DNA of 64,000 nucleotides from Tubiluchus corallicola (Eukaryota; Animalia; Priapulida), in NCBI GenBank assembly GCA_030141605.1, contig JAQGDQ010000425.1:135822-199821 (forward strand), in the 5' to 3' direction. A program made the translations under genes and the position numbers. The notes beneath the pieces are model-generated. The model did not search any database, was not told where the DNA came from, and saw only the letters and a program-made list of their open reading frames with translations. Shown here in pieces: positions 41,565-56,588 of the stretch (positions are counted from its first letter, which is position 1; every line of letters begins with the position of its first letter).

Positions 41565-41862
41565 TGTCCTGCTATGCCCTTGTTGTCCTGCTATGCCCTT
41601 GCTGTCCTACTATGCCTTCACTGTCCTGCTATGCCCTTGCTGTCCTGCTATGCCTTCACTGTCCTGCTATGCCCTTGCTGTCCTGCTATGCCTTCACTGT
41701 CCTGGTATGCCCCTTGCTGTCCTTCTACGCGCTTGTTATCCTGCTATGCCTTTACTGTCCTGCTATACCTTCGCTGTCCTACGCACTTGCTGCCCCACTG
41801 TATCCTTGCTGTTCTGCTGTGTCCTTGTTGTCCTACTATGTCTTTACTGCCCTGCTATGCCT
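41565..41862. repeat. About 19-bp minisatellite (CTGTCCTGCTATGCCCTTG / CTGTCCTGCTATGCCTTCA)
   Basis: Tandem units decaying towards the right; explains three overlapping Cys/Pro/Leu-rich ORFs. Confidence 0.9.
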
Positions 41863-43359
41863 ACATCTTGATTTTTTTAAAAATGCTTACAATATTTTAC
41901 AATTGAAGGTATGATAGTGTTTAAGACATCAGCAATAAAAGTATTTGTAAGAAGAAAATAGAGTCAGACCAAAGTCTGCTGGGTAGGGCTAGGGTAACTA
42001 GAAATGTTTTCCATTAAGCACTCCTCTGCCTCTGGCCTATATGCCCTGCATTACTTGGAAGTTGTAAATGCAATCGCATAAGTCATGTCGTAATACAGGT
42101 AAACAATTTCTGTCTTACGGCTACACGTCTGCACTGCTGTTGGCTTCAGCGTATTACTGCCATACCTGCCCCTGGTTGTCATCGACATAGATTTGGCATA
42201 AAAAATAATTTTAATGAAATTATAAAAACTAAAATCACGTACGTCGCAGAATGAAATTATTTAAACTACGTAATAGCCATTTTACTTGCGCTATATTTAG
42301 TCTACCTTCTCTAAATTCGTGTAACATTCAATAAAAAAAATACTCAGTCACAGCTGCACGAAAATATGACCATCTAAAAAAGCTGGTTTAAACTGTTTAA
42401 AATTTCAATAGATTTTCTCCAATGGGCGAATTCCTTTCGTCCTCATTCACAAAACGCTCGAGGCTGCAGACATAAACATAAACGAGCAATACGCCTTCCA
42501 CATCGCTGCATCCACTGCGTCACCATGGTAACATCTGATGTGAAACGATAATGACAACTCTATTTCATGCATAAAGGTCCTTTTAATCAGGATTAATCAC
42601 GTAAATTGTGAATAAGCAACACTTTTAACGGCTAGTCCTGGGGTGAAAATACACATGAAAACCAACAAGCAAGGAAAACTTTTGAGTTAAAGCGGAAAAA
42701 TCGCCTACCCGTCATATATAGACGCCCAAATTTACTGCTGGTACAGCCATACCACCCGCACAAAACTTAGAAATAAAGCAACAGCAACTACCACTGAAAA
42801 ACACTCTCATAAAAGGAACAAGTTGGTTAACTCTCTGCACAACAATTATGTAATGGTAACATGCAAAACTGCAGAGTTCTCAGTATCTTAAAGCTCAAGT
42901 TTGGTAGCACTTATTCTTAAAGGTCTTTAAGAAACTTAGGAATCCAAGCTATTGATGGCATGCAAGCTGGCGGATTCAAACTGGACGACAAAAACAACGA
43001 GAAAACATTGAAAGAAAGAAATGATTGTGAAATGACAAAATTTCAAATTTCAATACTCAACCCAACCCTTGCAAGTTCTAAAACATTTTCAAATAAATTG
43101 TTCATACAAACTTTCTGCAAAAAAATAAAATTTATTGTCAAAGAAGGCAGTAAGAATCATCCAGTAAAGCACTAAAAATATTAAAGAAAAGGGTACAATG
43201 CACAATTAAAGCCTAACAAAAAAGTAAAGGGTATAACAAGCGTATGCTGCTTAAACAAATTCAAACTTCTGTGGCTTAGCTAACATGCATGCAAAAATAT
43301 CACAAAATTAAATATCTCATTTTTTGTAAAACAAAACATAATCTATTATGCTTCTGACA

Positions 43360-43480
43360 GAAATTCAAAGTGCACTGCTTTTCTTCATTTGATGAATGAT
43401 GTCATTGGTGGAAGAATGGGCATTCCAAATGGGAGCGCCCAAGCCTGAAATGATCGCTACTTTAAAGTGATTTTACTAAA
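43360..43480 (-). repeat. Dispersed repeat, inverted copy at 53453-53610 (internally duplicated there)
   Basis: TTAGTAAAATCACTTTAA...GATCAnTTCAnGCTTGGGCGCTCCCATT...CTTCCACCAATGACnTCAT shared by both sites. Confidence 0.8.
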
Positions 43481-43971
43481 TATACGAGGCATAAAGAGAC
43501 AGCTCATGGAACAAGTTCTCTTAGAAGAATTGTGACAAATTTATGTACCAGGAATTCTAGTGAAAACACAAATAAAAGTAAAAGTACAAATTCCTCTCCC
43601 ATGGAATTTTTTACACACCTCGACACAGGGCACTCCGTACAAAGACTTCTGCCTTTGGCACTCCCGAATCCAGCATTCAACAACAGGGTCTATTCAAGGA
43701 CTGGAACACGGCTCATTATCGTGAATTAAGGTGGTCAGCCACGTGCTGGTACAATAATGCCGCTAATAGTATTAAATATAAATTATAATACTGATTTACA
43801 GTTTCAAAAGTATATTTTATATACTTATATCAAACGTAAAATTCTAAGTTATTTATCTTCTCCAAAATAGCGCGATGCCGTCATTTATACAGTAGATTCA
43901 TTGAACTATACACAGTATACATAATTCACTGCAAAGGTTCCGAAAAATAGTTGTAGGTAAAGCAAACATAC

Positions 43972-44035
43972 CTTTAGTGTGAACATCGAACTCTTGAATG
44001 AACTCCTTATCCCGCTTGCTTGGCTTCTTTTCCAT
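43972..44035 (-). CDS. SRGAP: SRGAP (SLIT-ROBO Rho GTPase-activating protein) coding exon 1, MEKKPSKRDKEFIQEFDVHTK
   Basis: Aligns to the recalled human SRGAP2 N-terminus MTSPAKFKKDKEIIAEYDTQVK|EIR. Phase-1 donor AG|GTATGT at the equivalent position. Divergent from FAM72. Only 21 aa are visible and exon 2 was not found in the window. Confidence 0.8.
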
Positions 44036-44455
44036 CTTTTGTAATAAGTGTAGGCTATACGATGGTATTAAAATAAAGAAAAAATGAATGTCACAACCAT
44101 AATAATCACAACCTGGAAGCACTGATTGCACAGGTTGTCCCTCGTTGCATTTTGGGTATGAATGTCACGTGATCAAAACAAATTTTCCGGATGTGATGTC
44201 ACAACAATTTTAACAGAAGTAAACCAATCAACGCACATGTTAAAAATAAGAGCAAAAATTAGCCAATCAGAAAGCCTATTTTATTTAAAGGGCCAGCGTT
44301 TCCGTGTATTGCTCAAGCCGAAAGATTATCGTTTTCTGTTACAAATGTTTTAAAATAATAATTTTGTGAAGTTAGTTGTCGAAATTTTATGACTTACGCT
44401 GTCTATGAACAGTTTGTGATAGTGAGGGAAAGACTTTTAGTATCGTTGGTTGACA
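44036..44455. promoter_or_regulatory. Bidirectional promoter and 5'UTR region between SRGAP and FAM72
   Basis: 420 bp between divergent ATGs; E-box GTCACGTGAT (44164-44173); CCAAT at 44224 and 44263; CHR-like TTTAAA (44284-44289); ETS/CRE-like CCGGATGTGATGTCA. Confidence 0.7.
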
Positions 44456-46820
<2,365 letters not shown>

Positions 46821-49800
46821 CGTGAAAGTCACCATTAGCCAAAATCCAAAAGTGCCTCGCCTTCTTCGTGATGAACAGTGTATCCCAAACAAGAATAGTT
46901 GCTATGGAAACATTTGTACATTCCACCTAATAGGTCACTTTTGAAATTTACATGCTTCCCCTTGGTTGTTAAAACATCTTAATAGATAGTATTATCTAAA
47001 ATCTTAAGTCTTAATGTCGTAAATCTTGAGTTTTTTTTATATCAAAAAGGCTCTCCCAAACAATTTTCGACTTATTCAGATTTTTTTGGTTGCTATGCAT
47101 TTTTTCTAATTTTGGATATTGGTCTAAGTATTTCTAGTTCCTTAAACATATGAATTTAGTTATGTTAATTTATCATTGGGCCATTTACAAAGGTATGCTG
47201 TTTAGTAGTTATATAAGCCTAAATAAAAAGTAAATTGCAAAAAATAATTATAGCATTTTATTTTTTAAATTAGCCAGTTTATACTGCTAGTTGATGGAAA
47301 ACTTTTTTCAAGGTTTCAGAAAACGTGCTCTGTAATGGTTATTTTGTCTTTAATTGACTGTGCCATTTTTTCGCTTTAGTTTGAGATTTTCCAAATGCAA
47401 AAACTGCAGTTTATTACCAAGGTTCTAAATACATAGTAAAAATTTGTTGATCTATCTATCTTTCTTGAACATTAATTTGATTTTGGGAGCATAAGTTTTT
47501 CAAGAATAACGGAATTTCTGATACAGTGCAGCTATTTGCTTACTGTTAAATGTAATAATTTTACTAATTTTGTTCATATAAATTATAGTTATTTATTACA
47601 CTGTAATAGAAAGAAATTAGAAAATCACTACCTAAGTTTCTCAATTAAGCAAATTAGTTATTTCATGGCAGCATTTAAAAACTTTTGATTTTTCTTTCAG
47701 CATCAGTTAGTTAACAGCTTTGATAATTTTAACATCTTTAGAGGGCGAAATTTTTCAAGTGTTTTAATACTTGAAACCTAAAATTATTTAAAATTTAATT
47801 ACCATATTTTTACACTGTTTTTTGATAAATCAACTTTTGTAATGTAAATTATTTTAATGATATACTTATGTGTAAATTCATTGTTTTAAGATGGTTAGAT
47901 GTTGTACATCATTATAACACTTTAGTGTATAGTGTTTTAGTGATGTCTGTAGAGAAAGGCAGTTATTTGTGAGTTTTATCAAATTTTATTTAATGTTTCT
48001 AAGCTTCGTTTAGTTTGTAAAATGTGTAAATTTTTAGCTACATTATTAGTTTATTACTTTTGAACATACATAAACATCTTATAATTACTTATAATTATCG
48101 AATGTTTTAGGAAAATTTTTGTTTGATTTGTATGTTTGTTTGTTTATTAATTTTAGTATTTATTTATTGATTATTTATTGTGTTTTAAGCTTTTGCCTAT
48201 ATTCGTCTTTTAACATATACTTTAGTATTCGCAAAGTTTTTACCATTGTTAATGTGCAGTGTACCAAGCAAGACATTGTTTACATTTACGACTGCAACTT
48301 GCGCTTTACACTTCAGTAAATTTTTTCTAACGATAAACTTCAATCCTGACAATGCATGTAGAAAACTCCTTGAACTGAACCATGATCAATTTTTTATTTG
48401 TAATTTACATGCAATACGACACATTTTATAATTTTAATTTCAATGTTTCAGGTTTATTATAGAAAGAAATGACTTTTTTATCTGACAGTTATTAAATTTG
48501 TGAAACCAAAATTGAAAAAAAAAGAAAATTAAAATCATAAAGTCGTGATTGAACCTGTATTTGAAATTCAGAGCTTATAAGCTATGCACCACATTGTTAT
48601 GTATTGTGACTTCAGCACGGAGCGACAAGGTAAAATATGGTGCAACAATTACTGTCATTTCTTCTAGTTTCTGATTAACCGAAATGAGGTTACTTAAACT
48701 CTTACAAAAGCTGGGGAATCAGTGCAGTATCATCTGTGTTGCATTTATTTTTTGTGTCAACGAAGAAATAAGATGTGTATTTGTTGAATCAAATTAGTAG
48801 GTTTTATTAGAAGTATTGCGTTTCAGCTAGCTGTAGGACTTAGCCTTGTTTTTATTTGCAGTGCAAGTTATGTAAAGTGCTGTCCTGAGTTATTAAACTT
48901 GTTAATATTAACACACTGCAGTTGTAGTATAAATACCAAATTAACAAATTGCAATTATTGATTCAGTATTTTAATTTATCATATGTTAATTTTGTATTTT
49001 TTTCATTGTGTCACTACTACAATGTGTGTGAAATTTGTACAGAGATTTGTTACGTTGAAAATTTCAAATAGAAATGAAAATAAAATGTGATAATAAAAAT
49101 AATTACCTGTTATTTTGCAGTTATATTTAATATGTATTGTTATTATTGCGACTGCATGATGTTGGCTATGCAGTCTTATCTCTTATGGTTGTTTACTTCG
49201 CGGAGTAAACCTATTATTATTATTATACATCCAAACATGGCTGAGATATCTATACTGGTTCAATGGCTAGACCTGCTGGCTGCAACAAACAAAGTTGTAA
49301 CGAAACCTGTTGATGTCATTATGTGAAAATGTGGTTAAGCAGACATGGTTAAATCATTTTTTATATAGCATTTCACTTAAAATCAAGAATGAAGCATTCA
49401 CAAACATTGTAGATGGCTGGCAGTAGTTTTTGCACAACTAGAACTTATCAAGAATAATAATAAGGGACCAATTAGTCAAGGGGTTTAACTAGGTATCGCC
49501 TATGTGTGGATCTCCCAGTGAGGAAAATAAATGGGGCAACTGACAACCAAAATTGCCTAGAAGCTGTTTTTGGTCACTCTTAATATTCTAACCAAACTCA
49601 GAATTTTTTAAGGTCCGACTATAGTGAGATTAGTGAAGACCAATTAAAAGCTTCGCAGTTAATTGACTGTGCATAATGCCACTTAATGTCAAACCCCAAA
49701 ACCTCAGAAGAGGTATACATACCCGAAATGCATGTAATGGGTAGTTCAGGCCTATAAATATGCACATCTAATTAATGACCGAGCATTTGGTTTTTCAAAA

Positions 49801-50148
49801 TAGTTTATTGAAACTCAAAAAATCAGAGTAGCAAAATTAAATTAAAAAGTACGTATGTTAGGCAACATTAAGCAATAATTAAAACATGTTTTAACCAATC
49901 TAGTTAGAATTCCAGTATTCTATTAAAGATGTTTGTCAAAATTCAATACCTGAATGCTCATGGTGAATTCGTGACGGTTGAATTTTATAAACAAATAAAT
50001 GGTTTTCTTTTGCATTTCTAGCAATGTTTATTTTAGCTCTTTGGTAGTATGCTTATGCTATTTTAATCTCATTATTCATTTTAGTTTATACTGAATGGCG
50101 CTTTTCAGCATTCCGTTTTAAAGGTGTGCGTGATCTGTGGTTTTTAAT

Positions 50149-50167
50149 GACTGCCACCTGGTGTTGC
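50149..50167 (-). promoter_or_regulatory. CTCF-like motif
   Basis: Minus strand CAACACCAGGTGGCAGTC. Confidence 0.4.
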
Positions 50168-50289
50168 CGCTACAATTAATCCAGTAAATAAATTTTCAAA
50201 ATCGGATTTTTGAAGCGCTCAGAGTTCGGGAATCGCAAAAGTCTGCCTAAATAAAAACAAATTAATTAATTCGGAGTGATTAGTAAAGC

Positions 50290-52121
50290 ATGGAGACAGT
50301 AGATTCAAAACCTAAAAAGAGAAAAACTACCCAGACCGATTATACTACCGTTATTGACATAGGATCAGAGATTTCTCGTTGGAGATACTTGCAGGAAAAA
50401 CTAAAGTTGGAGACAGACGAAGATGTTGCAAAAGTTTTGCTAAATTGGTGAGTTCTGTAATCTGCAGTTTGATGTCGAAATTTGATTCATAATATTAATT
50501 TAATTAATTGGAATCACCTTAGTATAACCGCTCTAACATCGGAAATGCTGATTTTGGTTGGCCAGCTAAAGACGAATGTGTATGTGAAAAATGCAATTAA
50601 AATGATGCAAAAGGGAATAAAAAGTATGTGATGTAACAAAAAGTATCGATGAAAATCTATGTGACAGAATGCAAATGAGCAAAAAATGAAAGTGATGAAG
50701 ATGAAAAAAGTAAAAAGATGATAATAAAGAAAAGGCATTTGTCAGAAGGCCTAGGGCTAGATGTGGATACGACTAAGATGGTATGGTTATCTTTAAACTC
50801 GCTCATATATTACTTATCATGAGATTTGTTGGTATAGAAGGTGTTGTAAAAAATATGAAATAACTATTCAACAGTTGTGAAGTAATTTTGTTTGAAAGAG
50901 AATTGCTGAATTTTACATTAGAATTCACCCCATTCCATAGTGTTGGAGTAGCAGTTGGGCCCATAACCCCTATATGTAATGAATAGTCTTGTCAAATTTG
51001 TTCTGCATCATCTTGGGTTGTATTCTTTAAATCTGGTATTATTTTTTAGATATTTTTTTGAAGTGACTAGATTTTCAGAGACACCTGGGAATAAGTGTTT
51101 GTTAGTTAGGCAATAAATCAAATGAGCTTAGTTGTGTAACCATTATTGATAAATAAATAGATGACAGGGTTTTGTCAATGTGTAATTTCTTTTATTAGGT
51201 ACGAATATTCACACAACTCAGATGCACACGACCTCAGTGAAAATAAACCAAAGAAACCAAAGATAACTATTGATGAATATTTTGGCCAAGGTGTAGCGAA
51301 CGACAAACACACTAGGTGAGCTGTGTTAATGGAAATTTAATAAATTTGTTTGTTAAACAAAAGAGTCCTATAAATTAAATAACTTGGCTTTCTCTGGCAA
51401 CTTTCGAACACGTGCATAGCGTCTTTTGCGCAAATACGGGAGAATGAAGTGTAGTAAAGAAGCCCTGCCTGATCTTTGGTTACCGATGTCTGTTTACCGA
51501 TCTTTGGTGACCTCGTAACTGTACTCATAGTGTCATTGCAATGAAAAATGGTGGTTTTTCGCTAACAACGAAGCTATAGAAAATCAAAAGAAGCAAGTTT
51601 TACAATAAATTTATAATAAAATAAATTGAATAATCGTAATGAGAGTAGGATTTTAAGTTGTAAAAGGTTATACTATGGTGAGGGCTTGGTTTGAATTTAA
51701 AGTTCTGGGAAAGAGGCAGCATTTTGTAGGTGTTATATATAGATGATCTGCAATAGATCTGTGAACACTAACACAGTACATCGTGTACTGTGTCGTGACA
51801 AGCATCAGACATTTCTCTAACCATGACAAGCATCAGACATTTCTCTAACCAAAGGCCACTTATGAACAATCAATTCGATCATCTTTTACCAGTTTTTAAT
51901 TTTTATCATTGCATTGTTTTGCTGTGTTTTGCTATGTTGTAAAAGTCTCTTTGCTCTTTAGACAAGATTCTGCTAACTTTGCTCCTTGTCCGGATTCAGC
52001 TGAAACTGGTTGTTACGACAAGAAAATGTTGGACGGCAACGGCGACTCGGTGATCATGCCGTACGAGATCGATCGCAAAAAACTTCTGGCAGATAGACTA
52101 TCATTTGTAACAAATGCATGA
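50290..52121 (+). CDS. Uncharacterised 144-aa protein with ZNF653/ZNF692-type N-terminal motif; exons 50290-50447, 51199-51315, 51962-52121
   Basis: gcATGG start, donors GTGAGT and GTGAGC, pyrimidine-rich acceptors, phases 2/2, 435 nt in frame. Exon 1 encodes PKKRK and IDIGSEISRWRYLQEKLKLETDEDVAKVLLNWY. Confidence 0.8.
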
Positions 52122-52447
52122 TGCCAGGTGTTGGTCAAAGGTACACAAATGCGTTGTCTGATACACGTAACCTCTGACCTTTTCACGATCATCATCAATC
52201 GCTGGAACTGTTAAAAGGCTTATTAAAATGCAAGTTTTTATTTTGGAAGCTTTATTTAGACTTTTGAATTGTTTTTACAGGCATAACTCTTGATATTTGA
52301 TTGTTTTTTCAAACTTTTTGTGTAAAATGAGTGAAAAATTAATATCGTTTAACCTTTGGGCCTTTTTAATTTAATTTATTTTTTATCATTTGTGTAAACG
52401 CAGTAACTCTGCTTTTAAACTGTAATGTGTTTTGTTTAAATAACCTT

Positions 52448-52838
52448 ACTCGCTCACTCACTCACTCACTAACTCACTCGCTCGCTCCCTCACTCACTCA
52501 CTCACTCGCTCACTCACTCACTCAAGCACTCAGATGCCTACTACCTACCTACCTTCCTACCTACCTGCCTGCCCGCCAACCTACCAACCTACCTACCTAC
52601 CTACCTACCTACTTGACTGCTGCCTGCCTGCCTGCCTTCCTACCTACCTGCCTGCCTGCCTACCTACCTACCAACCTACCTACCTACCAACCTACCTACC
52701 TACCTACCTACCTACTTGACTGCTGCCTGCCTGCCTGCCTGCCTTCCTACCTACCTGCCTGCCTGCCTACCTACCTACCAACCTACCTACCTACCTACTT
52801 GACTGCTGTCTGTCTGCCTGCCTACCTACCTACCTACT
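52448..52838. repeat. Compound (CTCA)n + (CCTA/CCTG)n microsatellite
   Basis: Tetranucleotide runs with a higher-order repeat; explains ORFs 52427..52900 and 52534..52719. Confidence 0.95.
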
Positions 52839-54659
52839 TAAGGACAGCTTTTTCCATAATTTCTCGTAATTTCTTTATGATCTTGCTAACTCGTTTTTAA
52901 ACTGATTTAATCCGAAATAAAAGAATTAATACCATCTTGTCTCATCATCGTGTTTGACAGTTATCATTCTACTAGTATAAAACAGCCTAATTTAGTTGAT
53001 GATTTGGTATTTCAAAAATCGTGTAGATTACATTCTTTAATCATTAAATTTCTATAAGAATGGTGGGTAATTGCTCTATATACCATAACTAAATTGCTTC
53101 AGTCACATTCGTGTGAATAGTGAGCTATTATACAGGTGATTCTAAACGCGGCCAGGTCTACAAAGAACTCGTAAACATTCCTTTATACGTTCTTTTATTA
53201 TATCACACGTACCGCACATAAATGTCTCCATTAATATATAGTTAATGCATTAGGACATGAATTAATAACCTGGTTATGCTTTTTAATGCAAATATTAACT
53301 CTAGTTGTAAAAGAGGGTTGCTGTCTGGTATGTTAATGTAGGGTTGTGCTGAATTAAAGGCAAGGTCAACGCTTCTAGGAGGTTAGGCTTATTTCAATGT
53401 TCGCGAAAAATGTTAGAATTTAGTAATAAAACTACAATAAGCGTCTGGTGTGATTAGTAAAATCACTTTAAGGTCGTGATCACTTCATGCTTGGGCGCTC
53501 CCATTCTTCCACCAATGACGTCATAATTAGTAAAATCACTTTAAAGTCGTGATCACTTCATGCTTGGGCGTCATTCGCATTGAAGAAAGTAGCGCACTGT
53601 CAATTTTCACAAAAAAGTAGAATTAGTTTTCACAAAAACAAAGAAATGGCTAGTTTGTAATGCATAATGACACATTAAGCAGGTCGCGCTTACGGAAAGC
53701 CACGATGCGCTTAAGAAAAGATTCGAAGTCTCCTAGTTACCCCACAATTTTCAGCTGAATACGTCTAAAAGTTTCTATTCGGAGGTTGCATATTTTAAAT
53801 TTATCCTTTATATACAGTTCTTCACAAATTTCTTTGTTATATTTTACTAAGTTTAAATGATAACAGTAAAACAAACCCAACATACTGCGTGACTTGTTCT
53901 TTCTTTTAGCACACCACAAACAGTTTAGGTGATAACAGTAAAATAAGCCCAACATACTGAGTGACTTATTCTTTTCTTTACGGGAATTAACATTATACTC
54001 TATTTGCATAATCCTATACCTGTGTAAATTCTAAAAACAAAGTCTTACAAAAACCACTTGTTCAATACTAGCCAGGTGAAAAAAGACAGTGTTCAAAATA
54101 TCTCCCCCAAAAACCTTTCTATTCAAAGTTGTATTACTTTGCTTTACCTGTTTGAAAAAATTGTGTAACTAGAAATGAAATTTCTTGGTAACTTAAAATT
54201 TTCCCTCCGCCTGGTAAAACTTAATTAATAAATTAATTACTTTAATTTCACCTTTCCAGTGTGAATCACTGACTCACTCATCTTGTAATTTAATCATTTG
54301 CTTAGTGAAGAGTGCTGAACGAGCGCTCTGAATATCTTTTCAAATTTTACACTATACAGTTACTTCAAGCATCGTCAAAAATTGTTTCAAATAAATTATT
54401 GTTAAAATGGTTTATTAAAATTCACATTTTATTAAAAAAAGCCTTATGTCTGAATTAGTGAAGGAAGAGGGCACTGTCACGTCTTGAACTCATGACCTAC
54501 CAATTAGATTTGTTTTGTCAATACAGATTTGTCACAGTCACAATTCATTATCAAGTCGTGTCCTAGATATTTTATTCATTAATCAGGTAAAATTTCACTC
54601 ATTAAATATTGGTGCAACAACGACGAAAGTTTGGACCTGCTAGCCTCGGGTTCGCATCC

Positions 54660-55110
54660 TAGATAGATAGATAGATAGATATTTTATTTCTGAAAATCAA
54701 ATTTTCAACATGAGAAATACAAACTCGACGCATACCCGATGGTTTTATCAGCGGGCAGAGCTCGGGTAATGATTTCCAAATCATACTAACAATTTGACTC
54801 AACATAGCTGCACAAGGTATACACACAGATATACAAATTTAGTTGTAAACTCCATGAAGCGAAAAAAACTATGTACTAAGCATTTGTACACATGTGATAA
54901 ACAAATATTTTACCTATATGATAATCACAGTGATGCGGTTATATGTCCGCTAACAAAGCTATACTATTTAATTCAAAAATCTATGCATACAGTCGTAAAT
55001 GAAACTTCCAATTGACATTAATTCTCCATCAAATAAATTTGCAATATTGCTATAATTGAGCGCGTACAGTGATCTATAAAGTGCATTTTCATGGCACTCG
55101 CACAAAAAAT
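54660..55110 (-). mobile_element. Degraded LINE 3' end with (TATC)n tail
   Basis: Minus strand ends AATAAAATATCTATCTATCTATCT. Upstream peptide ALYRSLYALNYSNIANL...GSFIYD is weakly similar to a LINE ORF2 C-terminus. Confidence 0.45.
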
Positions 55111-56043
55111 GCTCTTCTGTCTGAATTTCTCCACAAAGACACATACTTTGTGGAGAAATCCCTAGCTGATTACAAATTTTCGAGCATCACCTTGACTTAA
55201 CAGATTATGTGTTATACGTTACACATTTCTGCTCTCTCGTGGCTAAAATTGCTTGTTGAAATGCAGTTGCTGCGTTAATTTTGCTTCCAAATGTTACAAC
55301 ACATTGAAAAATATCTATATTTGATTTATTGAAATCATTGAACCTTCTTTATGCATCGTCGAATGACCCTTTCGACAAGCGCGGAAGCGTGAATGACCAC
55401 ATGATGCCGTTGCCCATAGCAACGCTCGATAAACATTCAACAAAGAACTCATGTTACAGTTTGCTTTAAATTATTGCAATGAGCACTTTGCCCTGACAGA
55501 AATTAATGAATGGCCTTGACACTTCAGGCCCGCAATGCCCCACATTTTACCCAGACCGTTGAAAACTTTAAATTTCGAATTCGATGGCAGGAAATTTCTA
55601 TTGAAATTTCTGTTGAAAAATAACCATTTAACCAACGTAAGTTTCTGAGCAGGTAGAGATATGAATATGAGCATTTTCAATTGTTCATCTATGGGCCTAA
55701 ATTTCAACCAGTCCTAAAGCATTTCGAAATTTTGCCATTTACTCATTTTGAGGTAAACAATTCGTACTAAATTTTCAGAAAAAGATACATTGGCAACTTT
55801 GGAACGCGTGTCTGTTAACAGTTAGCTTGCTATCATCATTTTAGGAGCAGCGAGCAATGACTATGTAGAATGTTCGCGAATTTATATTTTTCAAAAAATC
55901 ACCCCAATTATAGATACATTTAACTGTAAAAATAAAGAAAAAAATTACCTAAATTATTTTAAATGGATCTTCAGGTATTGTTTAAAAATCATGCTGTTAA
56001 AACACTAGCATTTTGAATAGACAACTTAGAATAGAATGTCTAA

Positions 56044-56588
56044 CCAGGCGGCATGACGACACTGTAACAGTGACGTCACAATGTGTTTGCAAATATGGAT
56101 GAAATTATGGAAATCTGGACTTCCCACGACATTGTAGCAGTATTTTTTATCAAACCATGTGCGTCCAATTTCGTACCAACATTGAAGTAAAATATCCTAC
56201 GCTGTACCAACATTGTAGCAATATTTTTTGAACATATTTTTGTCAAGATCTGAACAAGATCGTGGCCACATGTTGACAATATAGTGACAAGATCGTGGCC
56301 ACATGTTGACAATATAGTGACAAGATCGGGCCACATGTTGACAATATAGTGACAAGATCGTGGCCACATGTTGACAATATAGTGACAAGATCGGGCCACA
56401 TGTTGACAATATAGTGACAAGATCGGGCCACATGTTGATAATATAGTGACAAGATCGTGGCCACATGTTGACAATATAGTGACAAGATCGGGCCACATGT
56501 TGACAATATAGTGACAAGATCGGGCCACATGTTGACAATATAGTGACAAGATCGTGGCCACATGTTGACAATATTATGTGCTGCCTGG
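56044..56588. mobile_element. Non-autonomous element with CCAG termini (CACTA/EnSpm-like) carrying an internal 32/33-bp array
   Basis: Ends CCAGGCGGCA and (reverse complement) CCAGGCAGCA; subterminal CATTGTAGCA repeats; tandem array at 56254-56574. Confidence 0.55.
56254..56574. repeat. 32/33-bp minisatellite, about 10 near-identical copies
   Basis: Unit ACAAGATCG(T)GGCCACATGTTGACAATATAGTG, head-to-tail with no spacers. Confidence 0.97.

Noticed and set aside
41541-41914. Cys-rich metallothionein- or keratin-like ORFs
   Set aside because: All three frames are open because of a stop-free 19-bp minisatellite.
56254-56574. CRISPR-like 32-33 bp repeats
   Set aside because: Units abut with no unique spacers, there are no cas genes, and the context is eukaryotic.
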